DNA of 64,000 bases from Lama glama (taxonomy: Eukaryota), in the NCBI GenBank assembly GCA_028534125.1, contig CM052817.1:109308001-109372000 (forward strand), written 5' to 3'. Shown piece after piece: positions 12,451 through 25,970 of this stretch. Made by a program: the position numbers and the translations under genes. Below the pieces are notes generated by a model. That model made no database searches. It was not told where the DNA came from and saw nothing but the letters and a program-made list of their open reading frames with translations. Positions within the stretch are counted from its first letter, which is position 1, and each line of letters begins with the position of its first letter.

Positions 12451-15400
12451 CCTGACAGGGTCAGATTTCAACCAGTCTTAGTCTCCATTCTCTCTCTGCT
12501 TCCTTTTATCATGCCTTGTAATGTGGCAATATCTTCCAGTCCTGTTTCTCCTGAGTCGTTTCTTACTGCCTGTATTCCTGCAGTAAGCGCCCTGATTTAT
12601 GTCCTTGCTCATTCCAGTTCATATTAACTCTGTGGGTAAATTTGTTTTCCTGTGGCACAGGGAGTTTTTCCTGGTAAAACAATACCATCGATGCTTGTCA
12701 TTGCTTCTAGAATTAGGTAAAAATTCCTTACTTGACCTTGCAGCCTCTAGCTCCTACCTACTCTTCAACTTAGTAGTTTCCTGAGCACCGTTCAGCTGTC
12801 TTCTCCAATTTCTATCTTTGCTTGTACCATTTTCTAAACATCTCTCATCAACACCTTTCCATTCTTCATACCTCCCCCAGATGCCAGTCTTCTTTATCAT
12901 CACCCTAATCTCAGCAACAGGTGGTTCAAACCTTGATGAAATCCCCAGCATTTAATTTTTACTTCTCCTAAATTAGAGCCTACGTGTTCAAATATTGTAA
13001 GTGGGCTCAGAACTCTTGGGGAGTTAAACCTGTGTCTTACTCATGTTTTTATTCCCCACAGAACTTGGAAATAGCAGTGCATTGATAAATATTGATAGAA
13101 TAAATTTCAACACTCAGTCTTTAAGCATAGGTAGGGAGTTTGAGCATTATTGACACAAACCCATTCTGGACATAGTGGTCAGTCCTCCATCATGACCCAT
13201 GGGCATTTAACTTTGTGGTTACAGATCCCTCTGTACTCTTTATGACTGTCCATGCTTCACGTCCAAGACAAGGAAGAGGGGATTAATTTAGGAATCTATC
13301 ATATTTTTAAAGCCATGACAACTTGCTGTATCATAAATATAGCAGATCACCCAGAAGCATAAATAATGGAAACACTGCCTTGGGGACAATGAAAGTGATT
13401 GATGCTCTGAGTTGCTGTTAACCCTGCGTATCCTTGTTCCATCTGGATCTTTGTAACCTTCCTATTTGGCCTGAGATTGGCACTGCAGAAGTATTCACGA
13501 AAAAAAATCAGATGTGAGACATTCACTGTGCTTTCCTGAATTTGCAAATAGGGGGAAGGCATCTGATTCAGAATAAACTAGGTTCCCATGTGCAAATGTG
13601 TTCTTATTATATCCATATTAATTGAGGAGCACTGAAAAATGATTAAGATCCTTAAGCTATTCTCATTTAACCCCTATGGTAAAAAAAAAGGCAACAGTTG
13701 ATCAAAGTACTTAAATATAGTTTATTTTGTCAGCAATAAGTTTTAGACAACTGCATGGTTCAAAAGACATGAAGTGGGACAGAGCAAACCTTGTGAGTTC
13801 AGCCCAGCACTCTGAAATGAGCCTCCCCTGACACGGACAGTTGTTTCCCTCCTGCTTGGTGGAGTTCATTTTGGCCTCAGTCTGACTCCTGCAGGAGATC
13901 AATCCAGAACCCCAGTGTGGCCCATTAGAGCGTGACAGCCCAGAGATAAGAAGTTAATGCTGCTTCATGTGTCGTGGGAAGAGCACAGGAGGTCCCTCCT
14001 TCATGGCCCTGCCGCCTCTCCCCCGCAGTGAGCGTCAGAGGGGCAGTTTGCAGAGAGGGAAGCTCAGATGTGCAGAGGTAGCAAGTGGCTGTCTGAATGC
14101 ATGTTTGTAACCTCAGGGATAATAAACGCTCCTGCCGAGTGACTCTTACTACCCTCAGCCATCCTCTTGGTCCCGGAGGAGTCCTGAACGGCCTTTATAG
14201 AGACCAGTACAAGGGAAGGGAAGTCTCCTCCTTTGTATCTGTAACAAATAGAAAAACTTGATTACAAGGGAAGACTCCACTAGTCATGTAGCCATGGGTG
14301 GCTCAAAAAAGAAACAAAAACGGTGCCTATAGTGGGCTAGTCAGGCCAGGATTGTAAAATGTCTTTAGATTTTTTAGAGTTCCTTGTTTGTTTGTTTGTT
14401 TGTTTTCTTTTTAATTTTCTTACTTTGGAAGTGACTATTTAGTGCCCAACACAGAAGCAGTCCACACTCATCCATAGGAAACCTGCCTGCTGTTCCAGGG
14501 TTTCTGGCTTTCCCAATTTGTAAGGTCTAATTAGAAGCAATGACCTTATTTTCCAGAGGGATTTTTCTCTACACACCAGAGACTGAGTTGGAACAACTTG
14601 CTTGACTAGCTTTGTGACCTTACAAAAGTCTGGGAGTTAAATCTCCCGTAAACATGCTGTAATGATTAAAGTGTTTCCAGGCTTGTTCACACCCAGAAAC
14701 AGAAACAGGCTTCCATTGCCCTCCCTGGTCTTGAGCAGGCATCTGTTTACATGTTCAGCCTGGGGAACAGAGTCCAGCATTCCTTGACAAGCGGGATTTA
14801 AAGGACATCCTTGCAGTGCAAACACACTGAATTCCACAAAACATTGCCTTCTATAGCATCACATACGAGCAGCTTCAACTCAGCATCAAAAGGACATACT
14901 CTGCAAGTAGAAAAGGAAAATCTTAACTAACGGGACACAGATCTATAAATCCAAAGGCTGTAACCGGAGCTGTTGAATAAACTGCTATCGTAGAAGAAGG
15001 ATGAGTCAAACGTCAGGGCTGGAGAGAATTACTTCACGAGGTGAATAGAAATCATTGGACTTGCCCTTTTCGTCATTAATTCACACTTTTTCAGAGAGAA
15101 GATACATAGAGCTCTGAGTGAGGGGGAAAGTAGAGCTATTGGTGATGATAGTTTTAAACTGAAAAAATATAAACCTTAGTTTCAGCTTAACAACCTGGTG
15201 CATTGGATTTAATCTTCCTATTTTATGGTTTCCCTTTTATATTTAAGCACCTGACCCACTTGGTAAAAAATTTGTGTGTGCTGTGAGGGAGGGGCCTAAT
15301 GTTTTTCCCATTAGGGTAACCAATTGTTTGAATATCATTTGTGAATAGGTAACCCCTTCCTCACTCATCCCTAGTGACATCCTAAAATACGTCATTTCTA

Positions 15401-17012
15401 TGTACATGTGCTCAATCTGGCTGTCCCTGTGATAACAGACTGTCTGGATACTTGTAAACTTATAATAGTCTTGTTATCCAGTAGGACAAATCATTTTACC
15501 TCATGCTTCATCAGGATTACGGTGGCTACTTTTTGCCATTTGCTTTCTCATGTAAACTTTTATATAATTCATCCATATTTCCCTGTCATTCTCCTTGGCC
15601 TAACGTATAGTCAGATAGAATATAAATCTGCTGTAAGTAGTGGAATTGAGCAAATCAGGGTAGTTCTCATTTAAGGTGACTATTCATTACAAGTTAAAGG
15701 CTGCCATAGGCTAGATCCTTACAAGTAAACGTGTTACAGATCATGTAGGGAGAGAATTATGGCATCTATTACTTAATTACCTGTTTCACAATTACTTATA
15801 TTTGTACCTCTTTTTTTCTTGATCTCATTCTCTGTTTCAGGTACGTTGCTGGAGCCTGAAGATTTCTAACAAGGAAAAGAAGTTACGTTACCTAAGGGAA
15901 CTCACAGTCGGCTAGCCGTTGATGAGTGAGTATCTGACGTCACAGGGAGAGGCCCTGAAAGAGGCCGGGCTTGGTTCTGTCCTTGTTGACTTTCTGCTGT
16001 AGCCAGGCTGTTACCATAGATTTGCCTTGGTTATTTGAGAAACACAAGATACATCCAGCCCGAGCCGTGAGTCATAATGCCGTCGGAAAGCCTTGAGAAT
16101 ATCTGTCCATAAGAATGTAGGCAAATGACTCTGCCACCCAGAAAATGGAGTCTCACCATCCCTTTCACTCTGACGTTTAAGAAAGGGAAACACCCAGACT
16201 GAATGCAGTAGGGCAGCTGCCCTTAGCATTTAAGGGTCCAAAGAGGAAAGATCCCAAGCCCCCAGGAAAAGTGGACCAAAAGGAAGGAGGTTAGAGTTCT
16301 GATACCACACGCACATACCCAGCCCTCAAGTCTGAGTTCTATCCTCCACTGCAATAAGTTGTCTTGTGAATAAAGGATGGACTTCTTTGAATAGACCCTG
16401 AACCAGTAGTGTCAAGACATGAACAGGAGTAGATGACCCAAGATGACCTTCCTTTGTGCATCTCTGATCAGCTGCTGTATTTAAAAAAAAAAAACCCTCT
16501 TATATTAATAGCTAATCATGAGGCACTGCATGCGATATATCTTCTCTGTTGGTCTTTGAATATATCTTTCCGAAGCCAGCTGTGACTCAGCCATCAGCAT
16601 TCCCTAACACCTATACGACAGGAGAAACCTCTTACTGGTGCACCTAAATATTCCCTGGGAGGAATCAGAGAAAGATTTATGGAAAAGGTAAACCTTGGGC
16701 AAAGAATTGAAGAACAAATGGGGATTTTTGAGGTGATCAATAGAGGAGGGAATTCTTGGTAAAGGAGGCAGCTTACAAAAAGTTCAGTGCTAGAAAAGAA
16801 TAAAGGAGGAACCAAAAGAGGTTTACTAAGAGTAGTAGGGTATGAGAATGACCAACTAAACAAAAGGCAAATTTTGAAGTACCATGTATATGATGCATAC
16901 AAAGGTGAACTGTTAAAGAATTTTGCACATGGATGTGAATATTCACATACGCGTTTGAGAAAGTCTACTCTGATAGTGGTTTGGAGAATGAATGAATGAG
17001 GATAAGGAATAG

Positions 17013-17472
17013 TGTGGCAGGCAGAATAATAGCCCAACAAAGATGTTTGCATCCTAGTCCCCTGAACCTGTGAATATGTTACCTTACATGACAGACACAA
17101 TTTTGCAGATGTTTTTAAGTTTAGGGTCTTGAAATGGGGAAATTATTCTGGACTGTCCAGGTGGGAAAAAGGGGATATAAAAGTGATACAATGTGAAAAT
17201 GATTCAATGTATTGTTGCTGGGGTTTAAGAAGGAGCCAGAGAGCCATGAGCCAAGAAATGCTCTTGCCCTCTAGAGAGCTGAACAGGCAAGAAGAGGGGT
17301 TCTTCCCTGGAACCCCCAGGAAGAAGGTAGCCCTTCTGAAACCTTGACTTTAGCCCAGTGAGACCCAGGTTGGACTTTTAACCTGAGAACTGTAAGAAAA
17401 TTCACTTGTTTGTATAGTTTTAAGCACGTGGTTTGTAGTAACTTGTTACAGTAGCCGTAGACAACTAATACA
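17013..17472 (+). mobile_element. MLT1 (MaLR) solo LTR, MLT1D-like
   Basis: Starts tgtggcaggcagaataat..., contains cctgtgaatatgttaccttacatg, ends ...ttgttacagtagccgtagacaactaataca. Confidence 0.88.
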
Positions 17473-18039
17473 GATGGCGCAAGTGCTGGCAGAGAGGGAA
17501 ATGGGGAAGCCGCCATGACCCACATCCAGGGAAATATTTCATGGAAAATGGTCTTTCATTTTGACAAATGTAAGTTTCCCTTGGAAAGAGTAAATACAGG
17601 CAGAATTTGTCCTAATGATTAAATTTTCCAGAAGGACGTGAAACATAATTTGCTTTGAACAAGGATGAATTACCCATTTGCAGTCAATATCCTTCAGTGA
17701 AGAGCAGTGTTCCTTTAGACCTGGAGTGAATGGGGCAGCAGGTAAAAAAATGACCAGCTGTCTAGAACTTTGAGGTCTAGAAGAAAATGTCTTTTAATTA
17801 AATTAGTGGGCAACTTACCTGATCTTTTAAAGACAGAATTTTTAAAATTCACTATTAAACAAAGACATGTCATTACTGGTTAATAATCTCTCTGTAAAGG
17901 ATAATATTTTCCCATGGTTGACTTTAATGGAGTTCCCACACATCTTGTGGCGTGAACCTTAGGTCATGGGCTACCACGTCAGTTCTTCAAAAGACTATTT
18001 TATTGTTTCAATTTATAGATTTTAAGGAAAGAACTATAC

Positions 18040-18150
18040 TACAGCTTAGGAGTTGTGACGACCTGCATTCAAATCCTGGCTCTACTGAGTTCCTGGCTCA
18101 ATGACTTTGGGTGAGTAGCTGAATCTTCTCGGGCTGTTTTCTCATTTGTT
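18040..18150. mobile_element. MIR fragment
   Basis: ttcaaatcctggctctact...tgactttgggtgag...tttctcatttgt. Confidence 0.7.
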
Positions 18151-18174
18151 AATTAGTTGAGAATATTGGTAAGG

Positions 18175-18910
18175 TCGTGTGGCAATTGTAAATAAGGCTG
18201 CTTTGAACATTGGCGTCCATGTATTTTTTCAAATTAGTGTTTTTGTTTTCTCTGGATATATATCCAGCAGTGGAAGTGATGTATCATATGGTAGTTCTAT
18301 TTTCAGTCATTTAAGGAAAGTCTATCCTTTTTTCTACAGTGGCTGGACCAATTTACGATCCCAGCAACAGTATACTAGTGTCCCCTCTTCTCCATATCCT
18401 TACTAGCAGGTGTTACTTGTAGATGTTTTGATGATAGCCACTGTGACAGGTGAGCGGTGGTACCTCACTGTGGTCTTGATTTGCATTTCTCTAATGATTA
18501 GCAGTGTTGAACATTTTGTCGTGTCTGTTGGCCATTTGTTTGTCTTTGGAAAAATGTCTAATCATGTGTTCTGCCCATATTTAAGCTGGTTGGGTTTTTT
18601 TTGATATTGAACTGTACATGCTGCTTATACATTTTGGATATTAACCCCTTATTGGTCATATTATTTGGAAATATTTTCTCCCATTCAGTGGGCTGTGTTT
18701 TCATTTTGTCCATAGTTTCCTTTGATGTGCAAAAATTTTAAGTTTAATTAGGTCCCATTTGTTTATTTTTGCTTATATTTCTTTCGCCTTAGGAGACAGA
18801 TCTAAAAAAATGCTGCTACAAATTATGTTGAAGGGCGCTCTGCCTGTGTTCTCTTCAAGAAGTTTAATGGTTTCCGATCTAACATTTAGATCTTTAATCC
18901 ATTTTGAGCT
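18175..18910 (-). mobile_element. L1 ORF2 3' fragment
   Basis: Parallels the L1 sequence at 520-1330 and 8400-9010 of this window. Confidence 0.88.
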
Positions 18911-19960
18911 TAAACTAAAAACTGAAAGTGTTTTATCAAATCTAAACAGATCCTAAAAGAGGTGTTAACAGGGTCTGCTCTAAGCAGAAAAGAAAAGGCT
19001 ATAAACCAAGAAGTGTCTATAAAAAAGGAAAAATCCCACTAGTAGAGGCAAATATATGGTAAAGGCCAAGGATCCACCACTTAAATCACCAAGAACAAAG
19101 AGGAATAGAAACAGATACATAAGATAAAGTAGAACTACAATGAACAGTAAAGAGACAAACATGAAGATGTAACATGTAACATTAAACACGGGAAGTGTGT
19201 GGGAAGGGAGTAAAAGATGCAAATATTTTAGAACTTGTTTGACCTTGAAAGGACTGCCTGTTTAAAACAAACACAGTTATAGACCAGCATGTATGAAGCC
19301 CATGGTAACCGCAAATCAAACACAAAAGAGAAAGGAACACAAGCATGCCACTAAAGAAAATCATCAAACTACAAGGGAAGAAAAGAAACAAAAAAAGAAC
19401 AGGGAAGAACTACACAAACAGCTGGAAAACAAGTAATAAAATGGCAATGAGTGCATACTTGATAATTACTTTAAATGTCGATGGGCTAAATGCTCTGATC
19501 AAAAGACATAACTGGATTAAAAAAAAAAGACCTTTCTATATGCTGCTTACAAGAAACTGACTTCAGACTAAAGAAATATTTAGACCAAAATTGAGAGGAT
19601 GGAAAAAGCCATTTCATACAAGTGGAAACAACAAGAAAGTGGAGGTAGCAATACTCACATCAGGAAAAAATTAGACTTTAAGACAGTCAGTTACAAGAGA
19701 CTGAAAAGGACATTCTATTATGGTAATGGGATCCACACAAGAAGAAGAAATTAGCAGCAGTTAGCATACATGCACCCAATACAGGAGCACCTAAATACAG
19801 AGAGCAAGTATTAACAGACGGTAGAGGGAGAAGCTGACAACAATCCAATAACAGTAGGAGACTTTCACACCCCACATACATCAATAGACAGATCATCCAG
19901 ACAGAAAATCAGTAAGGCAACATTGGTATTAAATGACACAATAAACCAGTTGGGCTTAAA
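18911..19960 (+). mobile_element. L1 ORF1 end, spacer and ORF2 endonuclease start (sense orientation)
   Basis: Reads IITLNVDGLNALIKRHNWIKK, the L1 endonuclease N-terminus. Also tatgcacccaat-like and gactttcacacccc...atcaatagacagatcatccagacagaaaatc motifs. Confidence 0.88.
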
Positions 19961-20149
19961 AAGTTCTTTGTCTGTATACCTTTTATTTTATGTTTTTATC
20001 TTTTTTTTCATTTTTTGCATTAGCTAGAACTTCAGTATTGTGTTGAATAGGAGTGGTGAGAGTGGACATCCTTGCCTAGTTCCCAGTCTTAGTGGGAACA
20101 CAACTAGTTCCTCACAATTAAGTGTAATTTGAACTGTATATTTTGAGAG

Positions 20150-20232
20150 TGTTTTAAGTGGAGGTACTGGGTATTGAACCCAGGACCTCATGCATGCTAA
20201 GCATGTGCTCTACCACTGAGCTATAGCCCCAC
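20150..20232 (-). mobile_element. vic-1-like SINE
   Basis: Minus strand gctatagctcagtggtagagcacatgcttagcatgcatgaggtcctgggttcaatacccagtacctcc. Confidence 0.88.
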
Positions 20233-21994
20233 TCCCTAGGATAGTTTTTAAAATCAGGTTAAAGACGTTTCCCTTTATTTTCAGTTTGCTGGTAGATTTT
20301 ACAGTAAATGGATGTTGGGTTTTTTTTACAAACGCTTCCTGCATTTTTTGATATGGTCATGTAATTTTCTTTTCCCATAGATGTGATAGATCACATTAAT
20401 TTATTTTGGAATGTGGAAGCAGCTTTACATAATGGGGATAAATCATACTTCGTCATGGTATATAATTCTTTTGCTAATATTTTGTTGAGGATATTTGCAT
20501 CTGTGTTCACAAGATACATTGGCCTGCAGTTTTCCTTTATTGTAATGTCTTTTTCTGGTTTTGGTATTAAGGGACTGTTGGCCTCAAGATTGAATTAGAA
20601 ATTGTCCGCTCACACACTTTTTTTGGGGGGAGGTTTATTCTGGAGCAGTTTGTAGAGAATTGGTATTAACGTCTTTAAATGTTTCATAGAATTCACTGGT
20701 AAACCCATCTGGGCTTGTTAGATTCTTTTTGTAAGATTATTAATTACTCATTCTATTTACTTAATAGTTAAAAGTCTGTTCAGATTTTCTCTTTCTCTTT
20801 GTGAGTTTTGGTAGATTTCAGGAAATTGGTCTATTTTATCTACGTTATCAAACTTTGAAACATAGGTTTGTTCTTTGTGTTATTTTACTATCCTTTTAGT
20901 GTCCATGTGATCGGTAGTGATGGTGCCTCTTTCCTTTCTGGTATTAACAATTTGTATTTTTGTCTTTTCTTTTGTGGAGAGTGTTTACCAGGCTAGAGGT
21001 TTTTCAATTTTATCAGTCTTTTTAAAGTATTAGATTTTGATTTCATTAGCTTTTTCTATTGAGTTTCTTTCTTTCTTTTTTTAGTTTTATTGATTCCTAA
21101 CTATTTTTTAAATTATTTCTTTTCTTCATCTTACATCGGATTTAATTTTCTCTTTCCCAGTTTCCTAAGGGCAAAAGATTAGATTATACATTTAGATATT
21201 TCTTCTTTTTAATTATATGCATTTTATGCCTTGAATTTTTCTTTTAAGTAATGCCTTCACTGTATCTCATAAGTTTTGATAGTGTGTTTTCATTTAGTTT
21301 AAAATATTTCTTAAATTTCTCTTGAGACTTCTTTGATCCAGGTGTTATTTAAAAATGTGTCATTTAATCTCCAAGTATTTTGGGATTTTCCTAGCTCTCT
21401 GTTACTAACTTCTTGAGTTATTCTGTGGTCTGAGAATACATATGGTTTATCTTTGTCTAAATTTGTTAAGATGTGTTTTATGGCTCAGACACTCGTATAT
21501 CTTGGTGAATTGCATGTAAACTTGAGAAGGATGTGTATTTTGCTGTTGTAAGTTGGCATATTCTATTGATACTAATTAAATCCCATTGATTGATGCTGTT
21601 GTTCAGTTCAAGTATATCCCTGCAGATTTTCTGCTGGTTGGATATGTCAGTTACTAATCAAAGGGTGTTGTCTCCATCCCCAACTATAACAGTGGATTTG
21701 CCTATTTCTCCTTGCAGTTCTATCAGGTTTTGCCCTGTGTATTTTGGTGCTGTGTTGTCAAATGCATACACATGTAGAATTGGTATGCTTTCTTGGAGAA
21801 TTGATTTCTTTTTCACTATGTAATTTCTCTCTTTGTCCCTAAAAATGTTTCTTTCTCTGAAGCTTCTATTGTCTGAATTTAATATGGTTACTTCAGCTGT
21901 CTTTGTATTTGTGTTAGCATGGTGTATTTACTTCTATCCCTTAATGTGTGTATGTATTGAATCTTGTTTTTTGTTAATTCACTCTGTGTATTTA

Positions 21995-22547
21995 TTTACT
22001 TACTTACTTACTTACTTACTGAAGTACCATCAGTTATATTGTGTCAATTTCTGGCGTACAGCATGATGTCTCAGGCATGAATATACACACATATATTCAT
22101 TTTCATATTTTTTTCATTAAAGGTCATTACAAGATATTGAACATAGTTCCCTGTGCTATACAACAAAAACTTTTTAAAATCTATTTTTATATATAGTGGC
22201 TATCATTTGTAAATCTCAAACTCCTAAATTTATCCCTTCCCATCCCTTTCGCCAGTAACCATAAGATTGTTTACTATGTCTGCGAGTCTGTTTCTACTCT
22301 GTAGATGAGTTCATAGTGGCCTTTTTTAAAGATTCCACACATGAGTGGTATCATATGGTATTTTTCTTTCTCTTTCTGGCATACTTCACTTAGAATGATG
22401 ATCTTTAGGTCCATCCATTTGCTGCAAATGGCATTATTTTATTCTTTTTTATGGCTGAATAGTATTCCATCGTATAAGTATACCACAGCTTCTTTATCCA
22501 GTCTTCTATCAATGGACATTTAGGTTGCTTCCATGTTTTGGCTATTA
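21995..22547 (-). mobile_element. Young L1 3' end with 15-bp TSD, nested in the older L1
   Basis: TSD cactctgtgtattta at 21980-21994 and 22548-22562; (TTAC)n tail. Confidence 0.92.
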
Positions 22548-22769
22548 CACTCTGTGTATTTAAACACTGACATTTACAGTGATTATTGATATAGTTGATT
22601 TAATATCTACCATATTGGTAACTTTTCAACTAGTTGCCTTTTTATAAATATTATAAATACCTTTTTTTTTTGCTTTAGTCATCCAGTCTCTGTTTTCTCT
22701 AGTTTTAATTGAACATTTTCAATGTTTCTTTCCTTTCTTAGAATATAAACTATACTTTTTTCTAACTTA

Positions 22770-23530
22770 TTTTAAAACCATTTTTGAGGTATGATTGACA
22801 TAGAAAAAGTGATACATATTTAATTTATATAAATTGATGAGTTTTAAGATAAGAATATACTCATAAAACTTTCATCACAATCAAGGCCATAAACATACCC
22901 ATCACCTCCCAAAGTTCTCTCTCACCTCCTTTATGATTATTTGTCTGTATGGTAAGATCGTTTAACATATGATCTACCCTCTTGACAAAATTTAAGTGTA
23001 AAATAAAATGTTGTTAGCTATAGGTACTATGTTACATCATAAAATCTCCAGAATTTATTTATCTTAAATAACTGAAACGTTGTACAGTTTAACCATTACC
23101 CCCTTAATCGCCACTCTCATCAATCATGTCAACTACCATTCCACTTTCTGCTTCTATGAGTTTGACTATTTTAGATTCCCCATATAAGTGAGCTCACCCA
23201 GTATTTCTCTTTCTGTGTCTAGCTTGGTTCATGATCCATCTATGTTATTGCAAATGGAAGGATTCCTTATTTTAAGGCTGAATATTTTATTGTATGTATA
23301 TATCATTTTGTAATCCATTTATCCACCAATGGACACGTAAATTGTTCCCGTATCTTGGTTATTGTGAACAACGTTGCAATGACCATAGGAGTGCAGCTAT
23401 CTCTTTGAGATCCTAATTTCAATTTCCTTGGATAAATATGCAGTAGTGGTACTGCTGGACTATATGGTAGCCTTATTTTTAATTTTTTAAAGAACTTCCA
23501 TATGACTTTCCATGCTATTACACCAATGTA
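22770..23530 (-). mobile_element. L1MA/MB-type 3' end
   Basis: tttgaggtatgattgacata...ccattccactttctgcttctatgagtttgactattttagattcc. Confidence 0.8.
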
Positions 23531-25844
23531 ATAAGGTAAGCCCTCTGTTCTTACAGAGTTTCAGGCAGCTTTTCTTAAGTACTTCCTTGGTTGCTGAAAG
23601 CTTTTGGTTAGTTTCCAGAACTCAAAGTTTATTGTGATAGTTTTGCTAGTTTAGTCATGATTTCCTGGAGGCATAAATGTCTGGATTTTCTCACTCTGCC
23701 ATTTTGCTCCTCTTTCTGTTTTGAAGGACAGTTTGCTGCATATAGAATTCTTGGTTGACTCCTTTTCAGCCTTTGAATATGTCATCCCCTTGCGTTCTGG
23801 CCTCTGGTCTCTGATGAAAAACCAGCTGTTAACATCATCGCAGGTACATCTTACGTGAATGAGTCCCTTCTCTCTTGCTGCTTTCGAGGCTTTCTCCGCC
23901 TTTTGGTAGTTTCATTTTCCTAGGTGTAAATCTCCTTGACTTTAACCTTCTTGTATTCATTCATTTGAGTTCCTTAGAACTGCAGATTAATATTTTCCAT
24001 CAAATTTGGAAAGTTTGGGCCACTGTTTCTTTAAATATTCTTTCCACCCCTTTCTGTCCCGCCTGTCTTTTGGGGACTCCCATTTTGGGCTTGCTGGTAC
24101 ACACAGTTGTGTTTCACAGATGCGAGACTCTGTGCACTTTCCCTTACTTCTTTCTCCTTCTGTGTGTCAGACCAGATAATCTCAACCAACTTATCTCTAA
24201 GCGTTCTGCTTCTTTCTTCTGCCCACTCAGTCTGCTGTGGAGCTACCATACTGAACTTTCCCAATTCACTCATTCTCCTTTTCAACTTCAGAAGTTCTCT
24301 TTGATAATATTTTATGATTTCCATGTTTATTTGGATTCTCTACCTGGTGTGACATCATTCTTGTGCCCTCCTTTAGTTCTTTAGACCCCAAACCAGGTCT
24401 CACATTAGTTCCCAGGACATATTTTTAACAGCTGATTTAATGTCTTTGCCTGTTAGTGCAATGTCTCTGATTCCTCAAAGAGAATTTCTATTGGCTATTT
24501 TTTACTGTGTGATGGGCAAAACTTCCCTGCTTCGGGGTATCTCATAACTTTTCTTGAAAACTGGGCCTTTTAAATAGCATAAAACATGGCAGCCCTGAAA
24601 GCCAGATTGTTCCCCTGCTTCAAAGGAGGTGTTTTTCTTTCTGTTCTTTGTTATTGTTGTGGTTTGTTTGGTTTTGACTTTCCTAAAATTCATGATGTAA
24701 AGCTGTATTCTCTGTTACATGCGGTCACTAAGGTCTCTGTTCAGTGGCCTCGGCGGCCCACTAACGACGTAACAGAAATTCCCCTCAATGTCCTGAGCTG
24801 GCAGGTCTCCAGCCAGGGCGGGGTCCTGGTGTGTGTTGATGTCGCTGTCCTGCTCTGGCCTCCCCCTCTCTTCCTGCATGGAGCACCCCCCAGTGGACAC
24901 AGAGGAGAGAGCTGGGCCCTCCCAGGGTCTCCTGGGCAACGTGTGTGGGGTCGTCTATTCCCTGGAGTGTGCTGGGGCCCTGTGGCCAGGTCACCCCTCA
25001 GATTTTCTTTTTGTTACCATGGTGGGCTTCCTGTCTGCCCCCATGCTACTGCTTCTTCAGGCAGCTATTATGTTAAGCAATTGCACTAATGCTACTGATT
25101 TTTTCCAACAAAAGCCCTGGGGGAAGAATGTTTCCACTGAGCAAGTTCTGAGTCAGGTCAAATAAAGGCAAGTCCTTGAGGGAGGTTTCCAGAGAATGGA
25201 CAGATGTGTCAAATAGTGGCCACACAAGGCATGGGCCCTGGGGAGCTTCAGACCCACCTGCCCCCTGGGAGCTGCACAGCTCTTCGTTTTCAAGGGTCTG
25301 GCCAACTTGGTGGAGGAGGGGTGGGATAGGAAAATTGAACCACCACAGAGATCTGACCCACATACAGCCATTTTTCTTGAATTAAAATCACCTTGTATTG
25401 CTGCAAGACTTCAGTTAATTTCTAGAATACTGGAAAAGTTGAATTTGTAAATTTTGCCAGTATTCTCAGTGCTTTTATGGAAGGACAGATTTTACTCCGC
25501 CAATCAGGGAATGCTGTTTAATCTGCACGTGGAAAGTTAAAAATAAGGTTTCCTTACCTAGGAAACGGTGGCCGACTAGTAAAATGTGTGGTAGTTAGGG
25601 AATACTAAACTGGTAGAGAAGGAGCAAATCTAGAAGGGCTGATGGATGAAGAACAAAGAAAACATCAACTTAGACAAACACCGTGACCCCAAGCCGAGCC
25701 TCAGTGGTGCGACTGCCACGGGACCCACCGTGTGCCCGGCTGGGAGACGCTTCTAGAGAGCGGCTGTCTGGGTGCGAGTGACCCTGAGGTGAACATCACC
25801 GCCCTCCCCATCCCGCCCCTGGCCAGTGTCAGAAGAAAACCCCT

Positions 25845-25970
25845 TCCTCTTGCTATTGACTAGTCAATGCTAATGCCACCAGTTGGCAAAAGAGATGTTT
25901 ACAATGTCCAGTTTCTGTATCACAGAGCAAGGCCAGGAAAGGGACGTTTGGGTCAGAGAGGCTGTATGTT
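25845..25970 (-). mobile_element. ERVL LTR fragment (LTR33-like)
   Basis: Minus strand cagcctctc...ttgctctgtgatac...ttttgccaactgg. Confidence 0.5.

Larger units (their letters stand above)
20000..25500 (-). mobile_element. Old L1M element (ORF2, ORF1 and 5' region) with nested insertions
   Basis: The minus ORF at 24031-24324 resembles the L1 ORF1 coiled coil (AEERSRTLRDKLVEIIWSDTQKEKE). ORF2-like sequence spans ~20000-21950. Boundaries are approximate. Confidence 0.8.

Noticed and set aside
20150..20232. tRNA genes (also at 9790, 39793 and 47133)
   Set aside because: These are tRNA-like A/B boxes followed by the shared SINE body, and in most copies an A-rich tail. They are SINEs.
23875..24384. 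169-aa + strand ORF
   Set aside because: It is the antisense of degenerate L1 ORF1.
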